A stretch of DNA of 64,000 nucleotides from Octopus sinensis (lineage: Eukaryota): contig NC_043001.1 of NCBI RefSeq assembly GCF_006345805.1, positions 67,146,001-67,210,000 of the forward strand. Direction: 5' to 3'. The position numbers and the translations under genes were made by a program. Shown here one piece after another: positions 26,993-37,164 of this stretch. Below the pieces are notes generated by a model, which was given only the letters and a program-made list of their open reading frames with translations, made no database searches and was not told where the DNA came from. The first letter of the stretch is position 1; every line of letters begins with the position of its first letter.

Positions 26993-27130
26993 TAGATAGA
27001 TAGATATTCATTCACATTGGTTGTCAACCCAAGCAATAGAAATAATTAGTTATTATGCATTATCATACTTAATAGATAAGTATTCTACAAAAATTCCATA
27101 TGCTTTATTACTACTATAATTATTATTCAA

Positions 27131-27567
27131 GGCAGTGAGCTGATAGAATCATTAGCATACTGAACAAAATGCATAGCGGTATTTTGTCTGTCGCTATGTT
27201 CTGAGTTAAAATTCTGCCAAGGTTGACTTTGCTTTTCATTCTTCCGGGGTTGATAAAATAAGTACCAGCTGAGTACTGGGGTCAATGCAATTGACTACCT
27301 CCTCCTCCAAATTTCTGGACTTGTGCTTTTAGGGGAAAGGATTCTCCTTCTTATCATTATTGTTATTATTAGCTGGCAGAATAATACACTGGGAAAAATG
27401 CTTAGCAGCATTTTGTCCATCCTTACATTCTGAGTCCAAAATTTGATGAAGTTGACTTTGCCCTTTGTCCCTTCAGGATCGATAAAATAAGTACTAACTG
27501 AATACCGGGGTCAATGGAATTGACTTCTCCCCTAAAATTGCTGGCCTTGTGCCAAAATTTGAAATTG

Positions 27568-27619
<52 letters not shown>

Positions 27620-28060
27620 CATCATCATCATTATTATTAAGGGGACAAGCTGGCAGATCACTTCCATGCCAGACAAAATGTTTAGTGGCATTTCCTCTGG
27701 TTTTACATTCCAAGTTCAAATGTTGCCAAGGTTGACTTTCCCCTTCAATCCTTTTGGGGTCAATGAAATAATTAATAGTTGTGCATGAAGTTAATGTAAT
27801 TGACTAACTCCCTACTCCTCACAAATTTCATGCCTTGTGCCTGCAGTAGAAAGGATCATTATTATTATTAAGGTGCCATGCTGACAGAATTCTTAGTATG
27901 GTAGACAAAAGGCTGAGTGACATTACTTCTACCTCTTTACATTCTAAGTTCAAATACTGCTGATGTCAGCTTTTCCTTTCATCCTTTCAGAGTTGATAAA
28001 GTAAGTACCAGTGGAGTACTACTTCCCTAACATTGCTAGACTTGTGCCAAAATTTGAAAT
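27131..28060 (+). mobile_element. Head-to-tail cluster of four degenerate SINE family B copies separated by (ATT)n
   Basis: Repeated GCTGGCAGA...AAAATG..TAG...TTCTGAGTTCAAA...GACTTTGC.TTTCATCC...GATAAAATAAGTAC starting near 27131, 27371, 27640 and 27871. Confidence 0.8.
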
Positions 28061-28309
28061 TATTGTGCAGCATGAACATTTGATCACTATAAACAAGTCA
28101 TTTGTGTAGGTTGTTCAGCAAGAAATTGCAGATCACTGTCTTGGTGGACTCAAGAGACTACCATTTTATATATATATATAATTACCAGTATGGAAATAAA
28201 TGGACACAAGAAAGATGATGAAAACGTTTTTAAAAAATTGCTGTTTATGTTTAACCCCTGCTTAGCTCTGATCCAGCCCTATGACTGGTGTAGCAGCACC
28301 ATAGTCAAT

Positions 28310-28342
<33 letters not shown>

Positions 28343-28551
28343 AAATAGAAGGATGAATTTTCTTGTTACAGATTATTCAAAAGTTTAACCGATACCTCGG
28401 TAGCAAAAATCACAGCAGAAAAAAGCACGGTTGGAGATAAGACCATTTGGTGTTGCAACCGTGCGTTGGGGCGGATAATTGAAGTTTAATATTATTAGTG
28501 AATGGAAGAAATGGAGTTGAACGAAGATTGTACAGAATTCCTTTTATTACA

Positions 28552-28631
28552 TTCTACACATGTTTCAAAGGCCACAAATTTCCAAATTCTGATTACATAA
28601 GGGTACCATATTGTGGCTTTCTCTTCAGGAA
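28552..28631 (-). ncRNA. Type I hammerhead ribozyme motif inside a ~400-bp repeat (28338-28740) flanked by (TA)n
   Basis: UUC-CUGAAGA-GAAAGCCACAA...UUGUGGCCUUU-GAAA-C-AUGU-GUA/GAA. Long stem II and a 3-bp stem I. Same family as 1015-1400. Confidence 0.7.
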
Positions 28632-28738
28632 AAAACAGGAATTCCGTTGGCAGTACAAAACAAAACAGAGGCGCAGCAACACAATTCGAACGAGGACGCT
28701 CCTTAAGAGCCCATGGCTGAACTCTTCCATTCACTAAT

Positions 28739-28772
<34 letters not shown>

Positions 28773-28778
<6 letters not shown>

Positions 28779-29069
28779 ACCGACCAGACCATCAGATGTA
28801 GTTACACATCGTTGGTCACAATGCGTTCGCATTGTTTTAGCCTTCGAATGACGCCACCCCGCTGGCTAAGTGAGCAGGCCGACAGAAGAAAGAGTGGGAG
28901 AAAGAGTGGTGAAAGAGTACAGCAGGGATCACCACCCCCTGCCGGAGCCTCGTGGAGCTTTTAGGTGTTTTCGCTCAATAAACACTCACAATGCCTGGTC
29001 TGGGAATCGAAACCGCGATCCTGCGACCGCGAGTCCGCTGCCCTAACCACTAGGCCATTGCGCCTCCAC
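28773..29069 (-). mobile_element. tRNA(Arg-like)-derived SINE, family D
   Basis: Minus-strand head GGAGGCGCAATGGCCTAGTGGTTAGGGCAGCGGACTCGCG...GGTTTCGATTCCC. The head is shared with 46178-46470. Confidence 0.85.
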
Positions 29070-29079
29070 ATATATATAT

Positions 29080-30305
29080 ATCCCATAAATAATGTTTTTT
29101 TTCAATTGCATTAACTAAAAGTTAGAAGGGGACAGGATAAACTATCTGCATTAACTTGCTATAAAAACAGGTAGTAATTTTATCTTGTCCTTATTCTTAG
29201 TGCAAGTTTGATGAGTGCAGTTCGATTTTAACAGTTATATTTTCAAAGTTATAATGGAAGTGACAAAGGAGCATATTCGGCATATTCAATAAAGGCAACA
29301 ACGCAACAGAAAGTGCGAGAAATAAATGGAGATCGGACAATAAGAGTAAGCCAGTGTCAACGGTGATTCCAGAAATTCGGAGCCAGAAACTACAGCCTAG
29401 AAGACAAGCCTCATCCTGGAAGATCTGTAGAGCTCAACGAGGATGTCCAGCAAACCCTGGTGGAACAAAATCCCATCATAACTTTTGAGGAACTAGTCGA
29501 GAAGCTTGGACTTGGTCATTCAACCATTCATCGACACCTGGGTGTCATCGGAGATGTCAGTAAATTCGGCTAATGGGTTCCTCACAATCTTTCCAAGTCT
29601 AGTCGCACACAGAGAGTGAATGTCTGCTCTTCTTTGCTATCATATCTCATGAACGAACCTTTTTTTTGGACTGAATAGTAACTGGTGACTAAAAATGGGT
29701 TCTCTATAATAATGTCAAATGCCGAAGACAATGGGCAGAGAAAGAAGAAACACCAGCACCCCAGGCTAAAGAAGGTCTTCACCCAAGTAAGGTGTTGTTA
29801 TCTGTTTGGTGGGATATGAAAAGTTTAGTCTACTTTGAACTTTTAAACCCAAACCAAATGATAACAAAGGAGATCTACTGCGAGCAGCTTGAATGGCTTA
29901 AGTAGGCACTAGAAGAAAAACAACCATTTCTGGCTTGAAGACACAAGGTGTTCTTCCATCAAGATAATGCTTGGCCACATACAGGGAGGATGACATTCCA
30001 AAAGCTGGAGCAGTTTGAATGGGAAACAATGACCCACCCACCATATTTGACGGATATTGCCCCATCTGATTATCATTTATTCTGCAATCTTCAAAATCAT
30101 TTAGATGGAAAAAATATGAATTCTGTATAATTCATCACGAGCAAGTGAATTTTGGAAGTGGGACCTTACAAGTCTTCCAGATAGATGGAAGAACATTGTA
30201 GAAAATGAAGGAAAGTATATTTTAGCTTAATAAAGAACTTTATTTATCATAATTTTGAAAAATAGAAGTATAAAAAGACTGCATTATTTATGGGATGACC
30301 CAATA
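29080..30305 (+). mobile_element. mariner (Tc1/mariner, DD34D) transposon with a dead transposase
   Basis: TIR ATCCCATAAATAATG / CATTATTTATGGGATGACCCAA(TA). Motifs MEVTKEHIRH, WVPHNL, TGD.KW, VWWD, FHQDNA.PH and HPPYLTDIAPSDYHLF, with several stops. Confidence 0.95.
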
Positions 30306-30980
30306 TATATATATATTATATATATATATACATATATATATACATACATATATATATATAACATATATATATATATATACATACATATATATATAACATA
30401 CATATATATACATATATATATATATATTACATATATATATATACATATATATATATACATACATATATATATATACACATATATATATACATATATATAT
30501 ATACATATACATATATATACATATACATATATATACATATACATATATATATATATATGTACATATATATATATATGTATATATATGTATATATATGTAT
30601 ATATATATATGCATATATATATGTATATATATATGTGTGTGCGTGTATGTTTATGTGTCTGTGTTTGTCCCCTAGCATTGCTTGACAACCGATGCTGGTG
30701 TGCTTACGTCCCCGTTACTTAGCGGTTCGGCAAAAGAGACTGATAGAATAAGTACTGGGCTTACAAAAGAATAAGTCCCGGGGTCGAGTTGCTCGATTAA
30801 AGGCGGTGCTCCAGCATGGCCGCAGTCAAATGACTGAAACAAGTAAAAGAGTAAAGAGAATATGTATATATATATATATATATATGTATGGTTACGTTGG
30901 ATTTCGAAAAATTAGGATATATATACTCGGGGCTTCCGTGGTATCGCTTCGTGTGTATATGTTCGCCTTTTGTTTTGGAG

Positions 30981-31077
30981 ACTTTGCTGATGAAACAAGC
31001 CAATTGTAAACAGATTTAATTTAATTTAATTAAGTTCGATTGCGTAAAAATTGTTGAAACCTTGCAGGGTACAAAGT
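30981..31077 (+). ncRNA. Well-formed type I hammerhead ribozyme, copy 1 (predicted cleavage after A31071)
   Basis: ACUUUG-CUGAUGA-AACAA[extended hairpin]UUGUU-GAAA-CCU(UGCA)GG-GUA/CAAAGU. Perfect 6-bp stem I, 5-bp stem II base and 4-bp stem III with a palindromic UGCA loop. Confidence 0.88.
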
Positions 31078-31395
31078 TGAAAGGAATAAATTTTTTTATT
31101 TCTCCTTTAGCTTTCAGAATTACTACTATTTTTGCGGTTTGAGTTTGGCTGCTCTTTTCAAGTGAGTTGAACGACCTGTAAGGGTCTTTCCTTAATACTT
31201 TTGTTTGAATATATTATATAGTCTGTGACTATTTCTATTTTCTCACTTGACCGCTGTTGCAGAAAATTTTTCTTGAATCTTTTCTTGAATTTTTTTGCTA
31301 CCCTATATTGATATATATACATATATATATGTATATATATATACGAATATATATATATATGTATATATATACATATATATATATATGTATATATA

Positions 31396-31817
31396 TACAT
31401 CTGGAAGATCCTGGAGGGACGTGTCCCAAACTTTGGCATCGAGAGTTACACAAATGCCAGAACTGGGCGCCACTGAGTGGTGCCTAGGACTCCAAATTTG
31501 CCATCAAGATGTAGGACAAGATACTGTGATAGCCTGGGCTTCCGTGGCCCACAGCTCTTCAATATCCTCCCGAAGAACCTGAGAGACCTGCATGGGGTGG
31601 ATGCAGATGTCTTTAAAATGGAACTGGATCTCTTCCTGTCAGGTGTCCCAGATGAACGAACTTCACGGCAGGAGGTGCAGATGAGGGCAGCTGCATCGAA
31701 CTCTCTCATGCACTAAATGGCAGTTGCTAAAAAGCTTTCGTGAAGTAAAACCAAGTGGCAACACCAAATGGCGGTGCCCCAGCATGGCCACAGCTCGTGA
31801 GCTGAAACTAGAATAAA
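31396..31817 (+). mobile_element. 5'-truncated CR1-clade LINE 3' end, copy 1
   Basis: '[12 protein letters not shown]...GFRGPQLFNILPKNLR...GVPDE'. Tail followed by (TCAA)n. Confidence 0.88.
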
Positions 31818-32290
31818 TCAATCAATCAATACATACATATATATGTATATATATATACATATATATGTATATATATATATACATATATTATGTATATATA
31901 TGTATATGTATATATATATATGCATATATATATATGTATATATATATGTGTGTGCGTGTATGTTTATGTGTCTGTGTTTGTCCCCTAGCATGCTTGACAA
32001 CCGATGCTGGTGTGCTTACGTCCCCGTTACTTAGCGGTTCGGCAAAAGAGACTGATAGAATAAGTACTGGGCTTACAAAAGAATAAGTCCCGGGGTCGAG
32101 TTGCTCGATTAAAGGCGGTGCTCCAGCATGGCCGCAGTCAAATGACTGAAACAAGTAAAAGAGTAAAGAGAATATGTATATATATATATATATATGTATG
32201 GTTACGTTGGATTTCGAAAAATTAGGATATATATACTCGGGGCTTCAGTGGTATCGCCTCGTGTGTATATGTTCGCCTTTTGTTTTGGAG

Positions 32291-32387
32291 ACTTTGCTGA
32301 TGAAACAAGCCAATTGTAAACAGATTTAATTTAATTTAATTAAGTTCGATTGCGTAAAAATTGTTGAAACCTTGCAGGGTACAAAGT
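32291..32387 (+). ncRNA. Well-formed type I hammerhead ribozyme, copy 2 (predicted cleavage after A32381)
   Basis: Identical to 30981-31077. Confidence 0.88.
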
Positions 32388-32707
32388 TGAAAGGAATAAA
32401 TTTTTTTATTTCTCCTTTAGCTTTCAGAATTACTACTATTTTTGCGGTTTGAGTTTGGCTGCTCTTTTCAAGTGAGTTGAATGACCTGTAAGGGTCTTTC
32501 CTTAATACTTTTGTTTGAATATATTATATAGTCTGTGACTATTTCTATTTTCTCACTTGACCGCTGTTGCAGAAAATTTTTCTTGAATCTTTTCTTGAAT
32601 TTTTTTGCTACCCTATATTGATATATATACATATATATATGTATATATATCTATATATGAATATATATATATATGTATATATATACATATATATATATGT
32701 ATATATA

Positions 32708-33127
32708 TACATCTGGAAGATCCTGGAGGGACGTGTCCCAAACTTTGGCATCGAGAGTTACACAAATGCCAGAACTGGGCGCCACTGCGTGGTGCCTAGG
32801 ACTCCAAATTTGCCATCAAGATGTAGGACAAGATACTGTGATAGCCTGGGCTTCCGTGGCCCACAGCTCTTCAATATCCTCCCGAAGAACCTGAGACCTG
32901 CATGGGGTGGATGCAGATGTCTTTAAAATGGAACTGGATCTCTTCCTGTCAGGTGTCCCAGATGAACCAACTTCACGGCAGGAGGTGCAGATGAGGGCAG
33001 CTGCATCGAACTCTCTCATGCACTAAATGGCAGTTGCTAAAAAGCTTTCGTGAAGTAAAACCAAGTAGCAACACCAAATGGCGGTGCCCCAGCATGGCCA
33101 CAGCTCGTGAGCTGAAACTAGAATAAA
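32708..33127 (+). mobile_element. 5'-truncated CR1-clade LINE 3' end, copy 2
   Basis: Near-identical to 31396-31817. Confidence 0.88.
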
Positions 33128-33202
33128 TCAATCAATCAATACATACATATATATATGTATATATATATACATATATATATGTATTGATTGATTGATTGAT
33201 TG

Positions 33203-35231
33203 ATTCTAGTTTCAGCTCACGAGCTGTGGCCATGCTGGGGCACCGCCATTTGGTGTTGCTACTGGTTTTACTTCACGAAAGCTTTTTAGCAACTGCCATT
33301 TAGTGCATGAGAGAGTTCGATGCAGCTGCCCTCATCTGCACCTCCTGCCGTGAAGTTGGTTCATCTGGAACACCTGACAGGAAGAGATCCAGTTCCATTT
33401 TAAAGACATCTGCATCCACCCCATGCAGGTCTCTCAGGTTCTTCGGAGATATGAAGAGCTGTGGGCCACGGAAGCCCAGGCTATCACAGTATCTTGTCCT
33501 ACATCTTGATGGCAAATTTGGAGTCCTAGGCACCACGCAGTGGCGCCAGTTCTGGCATTTGTGTAACTCTCGATGCCAAAGTTTGGACACGTCTCTCAGG
33601 ATCTTCCAGATGTATATTATGGCATATCTTTCCCGCCTACGCTCCAAGGAATATAGTTTTAATCTCTTGAGTCTTTCCCAGTAGCTTACATTCTGCATAG
33701 AGGCTATCTTCTTCGTGTAGCTACACTGGATCGCCTCGAGCTCTGTGATCAACTTGACACTGGATGGTGACCATAACTGAGAGCAATAGTCAAAGTGGCT
33801 TAGGACAAGTGTCCTCCAGAGGACCATCATGGTTCTTGTTCTCTTTGTCTAAAGGTTCTGAGAATCCATCCAGCCAGCCGTCTACATTTTATTGCCAGTT
33901 AGCAACATGTACATGAAAGGTCACGTCATCACTCATGTGAATACCCAGATCACCACTGATTGTGCCTCTGGGATTGCAATCCCTCCGGGTCCAGTGTATT
34001 CATTGGGTGTTGTGCATTCAGTTTTTAATGCTGATAGTATAAAGCTTGAAACTTTTCAGCATTGAACTGCATGCTATTCTTTTCAGCCCACTTGTATATT
34101 TCGTCCAGCTCACATTGCAGGTGCTTAGTGTCTTCAGGTTTCTGTATTGCCTGTGAAACTTTTGTATCATCTGCATAACTTGTGATCGTGACTCTCTGCG
34201 TGGCTGAGGGCATGTCTGAGAGGGCCATTATGAACAGTAGTGGTCCCCCAAAACAGTGCCCTGCGGAACACCGCTCACTATTTGTGTGTTAATGGCTGCT
34301 ACCCACCTGACTTCTATTCTTCAGAAAGCCATGAAGCCATTCTCCCAATTTTCCAACTATGCCAAGATCACGCAGTTTGTGACATTCATTCCATGATCGA
34401 CTTTATCAAAGGCTTTGCAAAGTCGAGATATATGACTTCCACATTTGAGTGGTTGAGCAGTTGTTTCAGCACCCAGTCATAGTGTTGTAGGAGCTGAGTT
34501 AAACAGCTTCTTCCTGGTCGGAAACCATGTTGGGTGTCAGGCAGCAAGTCATTTTCTTCAAGGAAGGTGATTAGTTTCCTTCTGACTATTCTTCCATGAC
34601 CTTGCTGATGTGTGAGGTGAGAGAGATAGGTCTGTAGTTCTTGGCCTCTGCTCTGCTACCACCTTTATGAATAGGGCATATTTTACCTTCCTTCAGTTTT
34701 TTTGGAAGTTTGCCAGCTGCAAGGAAGCTCTGAAAGAGGATTGCAGTGGTCTTGCTAGGACTCTCTTACATACTTTTAGGAGGATTGCCGGGAATCCATC
34801 GGGGCCAATAGCTGATTCTGTTTTCATTTCATCTATGGCCTTTATTACATCGTCTTCCTTTATATCGATGTAATTTATCGTCGCCGCCTCTGATTTATAT
34901 CTGCAGTGGTAAAGAAGTCAGTTGGATTGGTGATTGGAAATGCCCGAGGGGTGGAGTGAAAACACTCTTGAATTGCTCATTCAGTATTTCATTACCCTCA
35001 TTGGTTTTCCTCTGAGTGTGCCATCCCTTTCAAGGAGTGGCCCTATCCTACAGTGCACCGTAGCTGTTTCTTTTTCATACCTGTAGAAAGCTCTGGGGTT
35101 AGATTTTATGTTGTCTATAGCCAGGCTTCTTTGTCTGCTCTTTCTTTTCATGGGAGAGTTTCAGACATTTTTCGATTTCCAACAGTTTTATTTTCAGGCG
35201 GGACTTTTCACTGCTTTCAATCTGTTTCAAT
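33203..35231 (-). mobile_element. CR1-clade LINE, ~2 kb (RT domain and C-terminus), frameshifted
   Basis: 'KNYRPISLTSHI', 'QHGFRPGRSC', 'SYADDTKV', 'MQFNAEKFQ' and 'DYCSQLWSP...LYSLERRRER'. Tail-to-tail with 32708-33127. Confidence 0.93.
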
Positions 35232-35304
35232 GTATATATATACATATATATATATATATACATATATATATACATATATATATATATACATATATATACA
35301 TATC

Positions 35305-35338
<34 letters not shown>

Positions 35339-35524
35339 ACATATATATACATACATATATATAATATATATATATACATATATATTACATATATATATAT
35401 ACATATATTACATATATATATCTATTATATATATATATATAATATATATATATATACACACACATATATATATGTATATATATAATATATATAATATTAT
35501 TATATATAATATATATATATATAT

Positions 35525-35569
<45 letters not shown>

Positions 35570-35670
35570 CATATATATACAATATACATATACATATACA
35601 TATATATATATATATATATATAATACATATATTATCTATACATATATATATATACATCTATATATATATA

Positions 35671-35701
<31 letters not shown>

Positions 35702-36269
35702 CATATTATATATATATCCATATATATTATATACATATATATATGTTATAAAATGAGATAGGGGTTGAAAATTCAACCCACCATGGGATAACATATATCC
35801 AATATACTGCTAGATAGGTACCAAACAAGACTAATACATAGATGTTAAAATTGCCAAACAATCAGTTCATCTATTGTATTATATGGGTAAAGGTAATGAT
35901 ATTACCGTAAATTAATACTACAAAATTAGAAAATGGAAGAAAACATACTTGAATCAATAAAACATCAATATCAGATGATACCCAATCAATACTTATTACA
36001 CCATTACATATCAATATATACACTATATATATATATACATATATAATATATATACAATATATATATATATATACCTATATATATACATATATATATACTA
36101 TACATATATTACTATATACATATATATATATACATATATATATAATATATATAATATATATATATATACATATACATATATATATATATATATACATATA
36201 CTATATATAATACATATATACATATACATATATATATATATATACCATATATATATATATATATACATA

Positions 36270-36305
<36 letters not shown>

Positions 36306-36356
36306 TATATAGGTATAACATATTATATATATATATATATATATATATACATTATC

Positions 36357-36387
<31 letters not shown>

Positions 36388-36610
36388 ATATATACATATA
36401 TACATATATATTATATATACATATATATTATATATATACCTATAATATATATAATATAATATACATAACTATACATATACATTACAATATATACATATAT
36501 ACTATATACATATATATATATACATATATTATTACATATATATATATATATATACATATATACATATATATATATAATATATATATATATTATATAATAT
36601 ATATACACAT
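35232..36610. repeat. Very long degenerate (TA)n/(TACA)n low-complexity tract with a ~260-bp unique insert (35750-36010)
   Basis: Direct inspection. Similar tracts occur throughout the window (e.g. 361-424, 30305-30635). Confidence 0.95.
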
Positions 36611-36740
36611 TTTATAATTAAGGGCTAAAGAGGGTTATTCTAAAGCCAATACACTGATTTATCCACTTATAATCCACTTGTTACAGGAAAATTGAACTGA
36701 AAGCGGGCAACTAACCTTTAGAAAATTTAAATTTCGTTAT

Positions 36741-36800
36741 CTCTATATTGAAACAATTTCGGAATTAATCCTATAAAGGATACATTCTTCATCAGTAGAG
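36741..36800 (-). ncRNA. Type I hammerhead ribozyme motif
   Basis: CUCUA-CUGAUGA-AGAAU..AUCCU(UUAU)AGGAU..AUUCC-GAAA-UUG(UUU)CA-AUA/UAGAG. 5-bp stem I, 4-bp stem III, A.C mismatch at the stem II base. The element runs into (TA)n at ~36610. Confidence 0.8.
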
Positions 36801-37164
36801 CTTACGAGGGAATATAAATAAAATACTCACATGGGTTCATGGAAAAAGGCAGAAGCTAAAAACATAACTACATTTACGTACATCATTTATATCTAAAAAT
36901 AAAAATTCCTGGTCAGTCTCAGAAAGTTTGAATTTACAGAAAACAAAAGATGAAGATAGGTGAGGGAACAACAAGCAGGCATATTAGTTTGACGTTCAGA
37001 AAGAATGGAAAAGGCTTTGATGTTCCAACCTTAAGCCCTTAAGGATTGAGAAAGGATTGAGAGGAAAAATAATAGAGAGAATGAAAAAAAACAGAGAGAA
37101 AAAATGTGTAGGGATTAACGGCTCAACAAGATAAAAATATATTGTATATATATATATATATATG

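Larger units (their letters stand above)
30510..33140 (+). repeat. Direct tandem duplication, 1310-bp period (SINE A 3' half + HHR-bearing segment + CR1 3' end, joined by TA/CA tracts)
   Basis: Same 1310 offset for the HHRs (30981/32291) and the LINE ends (31817/33127). Only a handful of substitutions or indels outside the microsatellites. Confidence 0.92.

Noticed and set aside
36960-37060. Repeat resembling an HHR-bearing PLE tail
   Set aside because: Core nucleotides are not recognisable in this copy.
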